Source: Clostridia bacterium
GTDB lineage: Bacteria > Bacillota > Clostridia > Christensenellales > UBA1242
Length of the DNA stretch: 64,000 nt
NCBI GenBank assembly: GCA_017619495.1
Contig: JAFZSF010000013.1
Coordinates: forward strand, 10,228 to 74,227
Reading direction: 5' to 3'
Shown here piece by piece: positions 1 to 8,379 of this stretch (position 1 is the first letter of the stretch; the number at the start of each line of letters is the position of its first letter). The notes under the pieces are model-generated. The model was not told where the DNA came from. It searched no databases and worked only from the letters and a program-made list of their open reading frames with translations. The position numbers were made by a program, and so were the translations under genes.

Positions 1-177
1 ATATTCCACATATTCCAAGGCTTTAATCAAGCGCACTAAAACGGCTTTATCCTCAACCAAAACCAAATAGCGCGCGGGACCGCCGACCCGAAAAGTTGTC
101 CACCGTGCTAAGGGTTCATTAACTTTGACTTTTTCCGTACCACAAATATGGCGTAAATAGTTTTCCAAAAGCTCCAT
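1..177 (-). CDS. murB: UDP-N-acetylenolpyruvoylglucosamine reductase MurB, N-terminal fragment (gene continues past window start)
   Basis: Hand translation of minus strand from ATG at 177-175: MELLENYLRHICGTEKVKVNEPLARWTTFRVGGPARYLVLVEDKAVLVRLIKALEYVEY. TTFRVGGPA resembles the MurB N-terminal FAD-binding signature. 59 codons, below the ORF-track cutoff. Confidence 0.55.
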   Translation of the reverse strand, partial: MELLENYLRHICGTEKVKVNEPLARWTTFRVGGPARYLVLVEDKAVLVRLIKALEYVEY

Positions 178-207
178 TGTCCATAAATATGCGGACAATC
201 ATTTCAA

Positions 208-774
208 TTATCTGAGATTATTGGCTCCGGCGCGTAAAATTTTAACTTTCGGCGGATTAAGCGTGGTATCAACTTTAGCCAGCGTACTTGGCACATGACG
301 ATAAATTTTGCGTCCCCGTACCACGGCATCGGTTTGTCCCGCAAATAGTTTTACCGCTTGACGCCACGAAGTAATTACCGGCTCGCCGTGTACATTGGCG
401 CTGGTCCCTATCACTGGCACACCACACAAAGTCAAAAAACGATTTAACCAACCACTGCGCACTACGCGCACAGCTTGTCCATGAATAATAACCGAAGTAT
501 GTTTACGACGCAGTAATTTTTTTTCGGTTGGTGTGATGGAACCACAAAATTTTTCCACCGCGCGAATTGATGGCAACAACCAAATCAAGTTCGCATCGGC
601 GGGTTTACCTTTCATCGCTTTTAATTTTTGGGTTGCGGTGGCGTCAAATGCGTTACAGCCCAAACCCCAAATTGTATCGGTCGGATAAATAATAATTCCG
701 CCATTTTGTACAACATGTGCCAATGGTTTAATTTCATGATGACGGAAAATTTCCATGAATTCAATTATAAGCAC
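208..774 (-). CDS. tsaC: L-threonylcarbamoyladenylate synthase, TsaC/YrdC family
   Basis: 188-aa ORF with YrdC-fold signatures YPTDTIWGLGCNA, KGKPADANLIWL, IGTSANVHGEP. Lies 3 nt downstream of gltX on the same strand. Confidence 0.8.
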   Translation of the reverse strand: MLIIEFMEIFRHHEIKPLAHVVQNGGIIIYPTDTIWGLGCNAFDATATQKLKAMKGKPADANLIWLLPSIRAVEKFCGSITPTEKKLLRRKHTSVIIHGQAVRVVRSGWLNRFLTLCGVPVIGTSANVHGEPVITSWRQAVKLFAGQTDAVVRGRKIYRHVPSTLAKVDTTLNPPKVKILRAGANNLR

Positions 775-777
775 AAA

Positions 778-2220
778 TTACCAACGGGTCAATCGCGCTT
801 TAACAATCTCATTGCCCAGAATTCTACTAATCGCCCACAAGTCCGGAGTATTAGTTTTACCAGTAATGGCTAAACGCATTTGCGCCGTCAAAGTTTTCAA
901 ACTCGGTTTATCCGGTGCCATGTTTTTAATCTTTTGCCACCAAGTGTCTTTATCATCGTTGGCATCATAGATTGCAGCGTATTTTTTTAATAACGCGCCG
1001 TCCAAACTCGCCCCATCAACGGTAATTGCGTCCCATAAGTAACTATATAATGTCGGAATATCTTCAAATTTAACCAAATCTTTACGCGGACGTTCGCCAC
1101 CGCGTTCCACCCCCAACATGGCCTCAATGCGTGCTTTTATCGCGGGGGTTATCTGTGGCAAAGATTGCCAGTTCCACGCGTTAAAAACTTTAATCATTGT
1201 CGCATGGTCATAACGCGCCCAAACATTTTTGGCAATATCATTTAATTTAGGTAAATCAAATAAAGGGTTATTCGTCCCAATTTTTTGAATACTGAATTGA
1301 AAATCAGTCAAGGGCGCGGTCGGGTTAGCCGTACGCCAAATTTCAAAATCGCTGTTATAAATGGTCAGCAAATATTCAAAAATTGCCTCGCGCGGATAAC
1401 CAGCATCAACCAAATTCATAACCAACGCTTGCGGATCTTTACGCTTAGAAAGTTTACGCTTTTTACCATTATCTTCAATGTTAATGGTCGGCATATGCAA
1501 ATAATTGAGACGCGGAAAGCTTAACAAGTCGCACAATTGCATGTGTTCCGCAGTCGAAATTAACCACTCTTCACCACGCACCACCAACGCGGTTCCCATC
1601 AAAGTATCATCAATCACATGGGCAAAATTATATGGTGGTAAACCATTGGATTTCAAAATAATCGGGTCATTAATTTGTGGTGGTAACGCAATTTCACCCC
1701 GTGCCGCGTCGACAAAAGTAATGCGGTCACCCCAATCTTGGTAACCAAAATTCGCACGAATCACATATTTTTCTCCGTTCGCCACACGACGCGCCACCTC
1801 TTCCTGACTTATATGACGGCATTTTGCGTATTTACCATAATAACCCGTCGGTTCATTATTTTTTAGTTGTGTTTCCCGCATTTGGTTCAAATCGTCTTCA
1901 GTACAGAAACAATAATAGGCTTTACCCTGCTTGACTAAATCTTCCGCATACTTTTGATAAATAGCAGCGCGCTCACTTTGGACATAAGTTTCCGCGAAGT
2001 GAATATCAAAATAGTTAAAGGTAGTCATCATTTTTTCGACCGCATCAGGCACATAACGCTTACTATCAGTATCTTCGATGCGCAGATAAAAACGCCCATG
2101 GTTTTGACGGGCTAAGTATGAATTAACCAATGCCATCGCAACTGTACCTAAATGCACATAACCGGTGGGACTGGGTGCAATGCGGTAGCCATCGGGTTTT
2201 TCAGAGCGGTAATTTTTCAT
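778..2220 (-). CDS. gltX: glutamyl-tRNA synthetase
   Basis: Class I motifs APSPTGYVHLGT (HIGH-type) and KLSKRK (KMSKS-type). Start moved from 2265 to ATG 2220 (MKNYRSEK), which has GGAG upstream. Confidence 0.9.
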   Translation of the reverse strand: MKNYRSEKPDGYRIAPSPTGYVHLGTVAMALVNSYLARQNHGRFYLRIEDTDSKRYVPDAVEKMMTTFNYFDIHFAETYVQSERAAIYQKYAEDLVKQGKAYYCFCTEDDLNQMRETQLKNNEPTGYYGKYAKCRHISQEEVARRVANGEKYVIRANFGYQDWGDRITFVDAARGEIALPPQINDPIILKSNGLPPYNFAHVIDDTLMGTALVVRGEEWLISTAEHMQLCDLLSFPRLNYLHMPTINIEDNGKKRKLSKRKDPQALVMNLVDAGYPREAIFEYLLTIYNSDFEIWRTANPTAPLTDFQFSIQKIGTNNPLFDLPKLNDIAKNVWARYDHATMIKVFNAWNWQSLPQITPAIKARIEAMLGVERGGERPRKDLVKFEDIPTLYSYLWDAITVDGASLDGALLKKYAAIYDANDDKDTWWQKIKNMAPDKPSLKTLTAQMRLAITGKTNTPDLWAISRILGNEIVKARLTRW

Positions 2221-2503
2221 TGCGCAACTCCGTAACTTGACGCAGACATTCGTTAATGACCGCAATCACTAAATCTTCGGTGGTTTCCACATCATCGGGA
2301 TCCACCGCTTCGGGTTTAATGTGTAAGTCTAATAATTCATAAGCTCCCGACATGGAAGCAGTCACCATGCCACCACCAACGGTTGCTTCCACGGCGGTTT
2401 CCGCCAATTCTTCCTTAGTTTTTTCCAATTGTTTTTGCATGGCTTCGGCCTGTTTCATCAGGTTTGCCATTTGTCCATTATTGCCCATTGAAAAATTTCT
2501 CAT
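2201..2503 (-). CDS. ybaB: YbaB/EbfC family nucleoid-associated protein
   Basis: 100 aa. MANLMKQAEAMQKQLE ... VGGGMVTASMSG pattern, and conserved position downstream of dnaX. Confidence 0.85.
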   Translation of the reverse strand: MRNFSMGNNGQMANLMKQAEAMQKQLEKTKEELAETAVEATVGGGMVTASMSGAYELLDLHIKPEAVDPDDVETTEDLVIAVINECLRQVTELRNEKLPL

Positions 2504-2512
2504 ATGGACAGT

Positions 2513-2824
2513 TTACACGATTTCAACTTTATCGCCAAATAAATCCTTTAAGCGTGCAATATAATCACGGTTTTCATCATAGACTGCCACGGTATCATCT
2601 TGCCAAGTTACTGTCACACCAGCTTCTGCCAACTCCTGCAACTGTGGCAAATGTTGCTTTAACATGCTTTTTTCGGTCTCATCATGCACATGCACCACAA
2701 TTTGGTCATCATGGAAATCAACATCGTTCATGGTAGAAAGTAGACCAAATAAACCAAAATTTTTATTGGTTCTTAAAGTGCGTAAAATTTTCGCCCAAAC
2801 ACCTTCCAGTACGTGTTGTTCCAT
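2513..2824 (-). CDS. hypothetical 103-aa protein, possibly a detached DnaX C-terminal (tau-like) region
   Basis: ATG at 2824 lies 1 nt after the dnaX stop (TAA 2828-2826) and has GGAG 6 nt upstream. The W-x2-IL ... VVHV ... LFGDKVEIV pattern resembles the C-terminal segment of Firmicute DnaX, by recollection only. Confidence 0.45.
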   Translation of the reverse strand: MEQHVLEGVWAKILRTLRTNKNFGLFGLLSTMNDVDFHDDQIVVHVHDETEKSMLKQHLPQLQELAEAGVTVTWQDDTVAVYDENRDYIARLKDLFGDKVEIV

Positions 2825-2825
2825 G

Positions 2826-3839
2826 TTAAGCTCCGCAAGCCACCAAGGCCGCTGTTTCAAAATAGCCGTGTGGATCTGTCGCATATTTCAAAGTAGTTTC
2901 CAAATTTGCAAACATGCGCAGTGCGTTCGCCAAACGCGGCGTCGGCTGGGCGACATAAGCGTCTTTAATCGCCGCCAAAGTTCCGTGTAAAATTCGCGCG
3001 GTACCCGTTGATGAATCGAAAATTTGTTTCACGGTCGCGCGCACAGCTTTAACATTACCCGCCACAATTTGTTGTACCAATTGGTTAAAAATTTGTGCGT
3101 CCAAACCACCAACTACACGGTTAATGGCTGCGACCGTAATTGGTTCTTTGCCACAATATGCCGCCACCGTATCAGCAAAAGATAAAGCGTCACGCACGCT
3201 ACCTTGCCCTTCTTTGGCAATTGCGGTAATCGCCGCCGCGTCCGCCGTGATTTTTTCTTTTTGAAAAATACCAGCAATTACTTTTTCCAAATTCGCCAAA
3301 GATACATTTTGAAAATTAAATCGTAAACAACGACTTTGTACCGTCGGTAATAATTTATGTGGTTCGGTCGTCGCTAAGATAAATATGACATGAGCGGGCG
3401 GTTCTTCCAAAGTTTTTAACAATGCATTAAAAGCGGAACCGGAAAACATATGCACTTCATCAATAATGTAAACTTTATATTTTCCAACCACGGGGGGATA
3501 TTTCACACTTTCGATTAAATCGCGTACCGCATCGACACCGTTATTACTCGCGGCATCAATCTCAAAAATATCCATACTCTTATTCGTGCTTTGGCACCAA
3601 GCACACTGGCCACAAACTTTACCATCATGAAAATTTTCACAGTTAACCGCGTTGGCCATAATTTTGGCAACCGAAGTTTTACCCGTACCACGGGTGCCAC
3701 AAAATAAATAAGCATGTCCAATCTTACCCGCGGTAATTTGGTTGCTTAAAGTTTTCGTAATAAAATCTTGCCCCACTACTTCGCCGAAGGTTTTCGGACG
3801 ATAGACTCGGTAAAAAGATTTAATTTCCGCATTCATCAT
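2826..3839 (-). CDS. dnaX: DNA polymerase III clamp-loader subunit DnaX, gamma-length (domains I-III only)
   Basis: 337 aa. Walker A GTRGTGKTS, zinc module CGQCAWC, DEVHM, SRC motif TVQSRCL. Ends where longer DnaX proteins continue. Start overlaps the parA stop. Confidence 0.9.
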   Translation of the reverse strand: MMNAEIKSFYRVYRPKTFGEVVGQDFITKTLSNQITAGKIGHAYLFCGTRGTGKTSVAKIMANAVNCENFHDGKVCGQCAWCQSTNKSMDIFEIDAASNNGVDAVRDLIESVKYPPVVGKYKVYIIDEVHMFSGSAFNALLKTLEEPPAHVIFILATTEPHKLLPTVQSRCLRFNFQNVSLANLEKVIAGIFQKEKITADAAAITAIAKEGQGSVRDALSFADTVAAYCGKEPITVAAINRVVGGLDAQIFNQLVQQIVAGNVKAVRATVKQIFDSSTGTARILHGTLAAIKDAYVAQPTPRLANALRMFANLETTLKYATDPHGYFETAALVACGA

Positions 3840-4603
3840 TCTGGTTGCCTCTTCATAAATTCAAACGCCAATTCACGGTACGCTTTGGCACCCGGACATT
3901 TGCCATCATAAATACAAATCGGTTTACCATAGCCTGGGGCTTCCGCCAGTTTAACATTACGCGGAATTTGCGTATTGTAAACTTTGCGACCAAAGAATTT
4001 TAACAATTCTGCTTGCACCTGCAAGTTCAACCCGTTACGACTAAACATGGTCATCAAGATACCTTCAATGTCGATTTTCGGGTTAAATCCTTGGCTCTTA
4101 ATCAAGCGAATCGCGCGCACTAATTGCGTGATACCTTCCAGAGCGAAATATTCACATTGAATCGGGATAATCACCGAATCAGCCGCGGTCAAAGCATTAA
4201 CCGTCAACAAGGTTAAAGTCGGCGGGCAATCAATAAAGATGTAATCATAACTATCGCGGATTTTATCCAGACAATTACGCAAAATTTGTTCACGACCACG
4301 CATGCGCACTAATTCAATTTCCCCACCTGCCAAGTTTTCATTACTCGGTAAAATTTCTAAGTTTTTGACCGCAGTCAACTGAATCGCATCAGTCGGATCG
4401 ATTTGGTCGCACATGACATTATAAACTGACGGCATCTTATCGGTAACCTTGACACCTAAGCCACTACTAGCATTATGTTGCGGGTCGAAGTCTACCACTA
4501 AAACCTTTTTTCCCAATTGCGCTAAGTAAGCTGCCAAGTTAATACAGGTCGTAGTTTTACCGACCCCACCCTTTTGTAAAGCAATTGCAACGATTTTTCC
4601 CAT
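3836..4603 (-). CDS. parA: chromosome partitioning ATPase ParA/Soj
   Basis: 255 aa. Deviant Walker A ALQKGGVGKTTT. Full-length ParA-like sequence. Confidence 0.9.
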   Translation of the reverse strand: MGKIVAIALQKGGVGKTTTCINLAAYLAQLGKKVLVVDFDPQHNASSGLGVKVTDKMPSVYNVMCDQIDPTDAIQLTAVKNLEILPSNENLAGGEIELVRMRGREQILRNCLDKIRDSYDYIFIDCPPTLTLLTVNALTAADSVIIPIQCEYFALEGITQLVRAIRLIKSQGFNPKIDIEGILMTMFSRNGLNLQVQAELLKFFGRKVYNTQIPRNVKLAEAPGYGKPICIYDGKCPGAKAYRELAFEFMKRQPE

Positions 4604-4726
4604 GTTTCCTGTTCCTTTTTTATTTCTTACTGGTCATAAGATAACATAATCTTTATTAAAATACCAGTTTTCTGCCATAGAATCTAATTTTCCACAATAT
4701 ATTGTATTTGGTTAAAATGTATTATA

Positions 4727-5656
4727 CTATATATTGTGGTTCTTTAGGTAATTAACGAGTCTTTCCAGCTCTTCGGCCGAATAATATCCAATTACCACCT
4801 TGCCACGATCTAAGCTGCCGTCAATTTTAACCTTGGTTCCGATGGCGCGTGACAGAATTTTTTCTTGTTCGCGGATTTCAGGTGCTTTCATTGGTTTAGT
4901 TTTATTAGATGCGAAGCTCGGCATTTTACCATCGATTAACTCACCCAGTGCGCGTACCGATAAGTTTTCATCAACCGCACGACGCGCATATTCAATTTGC
5001 TTTTTATCATCGGCAACGCCCAACAGACGGATAGCGTGACCCAAAGTTAATTGTTTACGCGTGATAAACTGTTGCACTTCGGCCGGTAAATTCAACAACC
5101 GTAACATATTCGCAATCGTACTGCGTGGTTTAGATAAACGCTCTGCTACTTTTTCTTGCGTCAATTTATGGTCATCCATTAACTTCTTAATTCCCTGGGC
5201 TAATTCCATATCATTTAAATCTGCGCGTTGTAAGTTTTCGATAATCGCAATTTCAGCAATTTGTTTTTGGTTAAACTTTTTAATAATGGCTGGAATTTCC
5301 ACTAAACCTGCCATACGGGCCGCACGCCAACGGCGTTCACCCGCCACAATCATAAAGCGATTACCAACCGGTGTAATTAAAATAGGTTGAATGACCCCAT
5401 AGGTACGGATACTTTCCGCTAACTCGTGTAAATCATCTTGGTCGAATACTTTACGCGGTTGATTAATATTATTATCAATCATTGCCACAGCAATTTGCTG
5501 TACTTCATTTTCCGCCGTGTTAGTCACGGTTTCGGTAGTTTGTTGATTGGTTTTTGCTGGTCGTTTTATTGGTTCATCAATTGGTGTTAATTCGTCATCT
5601 AAGGTAAAATCACCAAATAATGCGCCTAACCCACGACCTAATTTATTTTCTCCCAT
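4727..5656 (-). CDS. parB: chromosome partitioning protein ParB/Spo0J
   Basis: 309 aa. N-terminal GRGLGALF, ParB box GERRWRAARMAG, HTH STIANMLRLLNLP, and a C-terminal KVKIDG...GKVVIGYYSAEELERL tail. Confidence 0.9.
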   Translation of the reverse strand: MGENKLGRGLGALFGDFTLDDELTPIDEPIKRPAKTNQQTTETVTNTAENEVQQIAVAMIDNNINQPRKVFDQDDLHELAESIRTYGVIQPILITPVGNRFMIVAGERRWRAARMAGLVEIPAIIKKFNQKQIAEIAIIENLQRADLNDMELAQGIKKLMDDHKLTQEKVAERLSKPRSTIANMLRLLNLPAEVQQFITRKQLTLGHAIRLLGVADDKKQIEYARRAVDENLSVRALGELIDGKMPSFASNKTKPMKAPEIREQEKILSRAIGTKVKIDGSLDRGKVVIGYYSAEELERLVNYLKNHNI

Positions 5657-5662
5657 GCTTCA

Positions 5663-5691
5663 ATTTTAATCATCTTCTGTCAAAAAAGCAA
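5663..5691 (-). promoter_or_regulatory. parB promoter, leaderless configuration
   Basis: Minus strand reads TTGCTT (5691-5686), 17-nt spacer, TAAAAT (5668-5663), then 6 nt to ATG 5656. No SD. Confidence 0.55.
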
Positions 5692-5714
5692 CAATTTATT
5701 ATTTAGTACCGGTA

Positions 5715-5743
5715 AATTGTTTATCGTTAAACATTTTATCATC
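5715..5743. repeat. 29-nt direct repeat copy 1 with parS-like 16-mer TGTTTATCGTTAAACA (5718-5733)
   Basis: AATTGTTTATCGTTAAACATTTTATCATC. The 19-nt core is identical in all three copies. Confidence 0.9.
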
Positions 5744-5840
5744 CACATACCCTGATGTTTCTTTACCACTAATCATCGGCTTGATGAATAAAGCTAGTAA
5801 CTTACAGCGTAATTGTTAGTAACTACCATGATGCATTTTC

Positions 5841-5869
5841 AATTGTTTATCGTTAAACATTTTATTATC
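5841..5869. repeat. 29-nt direct repeat copy 2 with parS-like 16-mer (5844-5859)
   Basis: AATTGTTTATCGTTAAACATTTTATTATC. Confidence 0.9.
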
Positions 5870-5875
5870 AGCTTA

Positions 5876-5904
5876 AATTGTTTATCGTTAAACAATTTAT
5901 CGTC
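5876..5904. repeat. 29-nt direct repeat copy 3 with parS-like 16-mer (5879-5894)
   Basis: AATTGTTTATCGTTAAACAATTTATCGTC. Confidence 0.9.
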
Positions 5905-5929
5905 ACAGCATGGCTAAAAAAGTTTACTA

Positions 5930-5959
5930 TTGACAAAAAATGTTACAACGGGATATAAT
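5930..5959 (+). promoter_or_regulatory. cvpA promoter, leaderless configuration
   Basis: TTGACA (5930-5935), 18-nt spacer, TATAAT (5954-5959), then 6 nt to ATG 5966. No SD. Confidence 0.65.
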
Positions 5960-5965
5960 AGCAAT

Positions 5966-6529
5966 ATGAAAATAGGATTAATTGTTGATCTTGTCGTCGC
6001 AATTTTTATTATTACCAATTTAGTTATCTGTACACACAAAGGATTTATCCGTTGCTTTATGTCGAGCATTTCCACCATTTTAGCATTCGCCGCTGCAGTA
6101 TTCGCAGCCGCACCTTTGGCTAAATTCCTTGATACCAAGTTCGGCTGGGAAGCCGCAATTGCTAATTGGCATATTCCATTTATTGGTGCACACACCTTGT
6201 TATGCGTCCTCACGGGCGTTGCTGTTTTTGTAGCAGTGCGCTTGTTATGTTTATTATTAGATAAATTATTACAAGCCGTAAAAGCCAAATTAAAAGCCAT
6301 CGGCGTGATTGACCGCATCTTAGGTACCGTGTTTGGTGCCTTTTCTGCCATGGTTGAATTAACCTTTATCTTTTTACTAATTGACCAATTAGGTTGGGCA
6401 GCGGGCTTATCTTTAACCGCGGACGGGGGAGGCTACTTTGCTTGGCGCCTTTTCGATTTTTGCAAAACTTATTTGTTCGACTTTTTAACCAAAGTCACCA
6501 ATGCTGCCTCCGAATACACAATCATTTAA
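5966..6529 (+). CDS. cvpA: CvpA-family integral membrane protein
   Basis: Start set to ATG 5966 (MKIGLIVDLVVAIFIITNL...). Four hydrophobic helices. Family assignment is by recollection of CvpA N-terminal pattern. Confidence 0.6.
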   Translation: MKIGLIVDLVVAIFIITNLVICTHKGFIRCFMSSISTILAFAAAVFAAAPLAKFLDTKFGWEAAIANWHIPFIGAHTLLCVLTGVAVFVAVRLLCLLLDKLLQAVKAKLKAIGVIDRILGTVFGAFSAMVELTFIFLLIDQLGWAAGLSLTADGGGYFAWRLFDFCKTYLFDFLTKVTNAASEYTII

Positions 6530-6556
6530 GGTTAAGTTATTTACAATATACAAGGA

Positions 6557-6591
6557 AGTTACTTACAATTAAAATGTAAGTAACTTTTTTT
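6557..6591 (+). terminator. rho-independent terminator after cvpA
   Basis: AGTTACTTACA (6557-6567) pairs with TGTAAGTAACT (6575-6585), followed by a T7 run. Confidence 0.8.
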
Positions 6592-7627
6592 ATGCTTTGA
6601 CCGTACCATTGTTTACGGTAAAAATTTTACCACTGGTCGGCACATCAGTTGCTGTAATAATGGTTTGGGTATCAGCAATCGCAATTAGCAGTCTCGCGCG
6701 ACGACTGCTATCTAATTCACTGAACACATCATCAAGTAATAAAATCGGACGCTCACCTGTCAATGTAGTAAACAAATCCAACTCCGCAAGTTTGATTGAA
6801 AGTGCAACTGTGCGTTGCTGTCCCTGACTACCAAACACACGGACATCTTGCCCATTAATCATAATCGCTAAATCATCACGGTGCGGCCCAACTGTCGTAG
6901 TACGCAAACGCAAATCGCGTTCACGCGCCGCCGCCAACTCTTGGGCAAAATTTGCACAGGTTTCATAGGTAAGTGTGATTTTTTCTTTACCACCGGTCAA
7001 TATTTTATGCTTGTCCGCGACATAAGGAGTTAATTGCTGGATAAAGGCTTGGCGCTTAGTAATAATTATATTACCTTGTTGAATTAACTGGTCGTCCCAA
7101 ATTGCCAATTCGCGTGGATCTTGGTTGTCCTTTAAATAAGCATTACGCTGTTGTAAAATTTTATTATAGCGGGCGAGTGCATAAAAATAACTTTTATCAA
7201 TTTGTGATAAATCGATATTGATAAATCGCCGACGGTCAGCGGGGGCCTCTTTAACCAATTTTAATTCATCAGGCGAAAAGAAAATACAGTTAATTTGTCC
7301 CATTAATTCCGCCACTTTGGCTATTGGTACTTGGTTAATGGCAATTGATTTTTTAAGTCCTGTTCCTAATTGAATCGCAACATTGACCGTACCAAATTTT
7401 TTTAACGCAGTAACTTGTACCAGAGCCCGTTCTTTACCAAACTGAACCATTTCATTATCCCGACTGGTGCGCCAACCGCGTCCCACACAGGATAAGTAGA
7501 TTGCTTCTAACAAATTGGTTTTACCTTGACCATTCGGACCTACTAAAACATTCACCCCTGGCGCCAATTGCAGGGTAGTGTGCGTGTGGTTACGAAAATT
7601 ATCAACGGTCAATTCAGTAATACGCAT
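6590..7627 (-). CDS. recF: DNA replication/repair protein RecF
   Basis: Walker A GPNGQGKTNLLEA, signature FGSQGQQRT, Walker B ILLLDDV. Start moved to ATG 7627 (MRITELTVDNFRNH). Confidence 0.9.
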   Translation of the reverse strand: MRITELTVDNFRNHTHTTLQLAPGVNVLVGPNGQGKTNLLEAIYLSCVGRGWRTSRDNEMVQFGKERALVQVTALKKFGTVNVAIQLGTGLKKSIAINQVPIAKVAELMGQINCIFFSPDELKLVKEAPADRRRFINIDLSQIDKSYFYALARYNKILQQRNAYLKDNQDPRELAIWDDQLIQQGNIIITKRQAFIQQLTPYVADKHKILTGGKEKITLTYETCANFAQELAAARERDLRLRTTTVGPHRDDLAIMINGQDVRVFGSQGQQRTVALSIKLAELDLFTTLTGERPILLLDDVFSELDSSRRARLLIAIADTQTIITATDVPTSGKIFTVNNGTVKA

Positions 7628-7633
7628 TAATAT

Positions 7634-7639
7634 ATGATA
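7634..7639 (-). promoter_or_regulatory. -10 box of recF, leaderless configuration
   Basis: Minus strand TATCAT, then 6 nt to ATG 7627. No SD. No convincing -35. Confidence 0.4.
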
Positions 7640-7640
7640 C

Positions 7641-7672
7641 AAAAAAAACCGCAGCAAAGCCACGGTTTTTTT
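7641..7672 (-). terminator. terminator downstream of the 7691-8227 membrane-protein gene
   Basis: A8-CCGCAGC/GCCACGG-T7 hairpin flanked by A and T runs. Confidence 0.55.
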
Positions 7673-7690
7673 CAGATTGACGCGTCCAGA

Positions 7691-8227
7691 TTATTTAGCC
7701 GCTTTTTTCGGAGCCGCTTTCTTCGCAGCAGGTTTCTTTTCTGCTACAACGGTTTCCGCTACTGGGGCTGCAACTGGTTTTACTTGTGCCGGAACCATTT
7801 CAGCTTCAATAAAACGAGTAACGCCCTTGATTAACGGGTGTAATCCGAAAACAAAGAAAGGAACCCACAATTGATAGAATGATGCCATTGCACCACGACC
7901 AGCAATTGAAGCAAGTTCACTATCGTTGACGCCAGCTACGATAATCAAAACCAACAACAAAACAGTAATAATACCGCCAACAATCATATAAAGCGCGCTG
8001 ACAAGTTTTTTGCTATTTTGCATTGATTTAACGATCGTAACACCAACCATACCGAAGAAGAAGACCATTGTAGAAATCAACAAAACAATATAGTAGAAAT
8101 CATACAACCAGCTTCCATCGGTAATACGACTACCAAAGTTTACCCATGCGATAATCGCAAATACTCCACCAATGAAGTAAAGGAAAGCTAATGAAAGTCG
8201 TGACCAGTTCTTACGAATAAAATCCAT
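7691..8227 (-). CDS. hypothetical 4-TM membrane protein with basic Ala/Lys/Pro-rich C-terminal tail
   Basis: Start set to ATG 8227 (MDFIRKNW), with AAAGGAGA upstream. Tail reads VAEKKPAAKKAAPKKAAK. Confidence 0.6.
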   Translation of the reverse strand: MDFIRKNWSRLSLAFLYFIGGVFAIIAWVNFGSRITDGSWLYDFYYIVLLISTMVFFFGMVGVTIVKSMQNSKKLVSALYMIVGGIITVLLLVLIIVAGVNDSELASIAGRGAMASFYQLWVPFFVFGLHPLIKGVTRFIEAEMVPAQVKPVAAPVAETVVAEKKPAAKKAAPKKAAK

Positions 8228-8379
8228 GACTTCGTCTCCTTTTAATTTGGGCGCATCCCAAAAAATTTTTACATAAAGTAAATCTACCCTTAGTATACCG
8301 AATTTTAATTTTTCTAACAAATCATTTTTATCATTTTAACCGACCAAAATGTGACCAAAACCACCAAAAACAGAAATTC

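Noticed and set aside
4688-5747. DnaA-box-like 8/9 matches (TTTTCCACA at 4688-4696, TCATCCACA at 5739-5747, and also TTTTCCACA at 15232-15240) as evidence for oriC at the par locus.
   Set aside because: By my arithmetic (28/4^9 x about 128,000 positions), roughly a dozen matches with up to 1 mismatch are expected by chance in 64 kb on both strands. Two near parB are not significant on their own.
5715-5904. Considered whether the three repeats form a CRISPR array.
   Set aside because: There are only three copies. Spacing is irregular (126 and 35 bp). The repeats are 29 nt but carry promoter-proximal palindromes, and no cas genes or leader are present. I treat them as protein-binding sites instead.
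5914-6351. Antisense or shadow ORFs in the track (for example 5914-6351, 24570-24797, 45726-46100, 51535-51981, 54249-54683, 33862-34047).
   Set aside because: They lie opposite strongly supported genes or tRNAs, have low-complexity or biased composition, and lack SD or promoter signals. For example, 24570-24797 is the reverse translation of the tRNA-Pro region.
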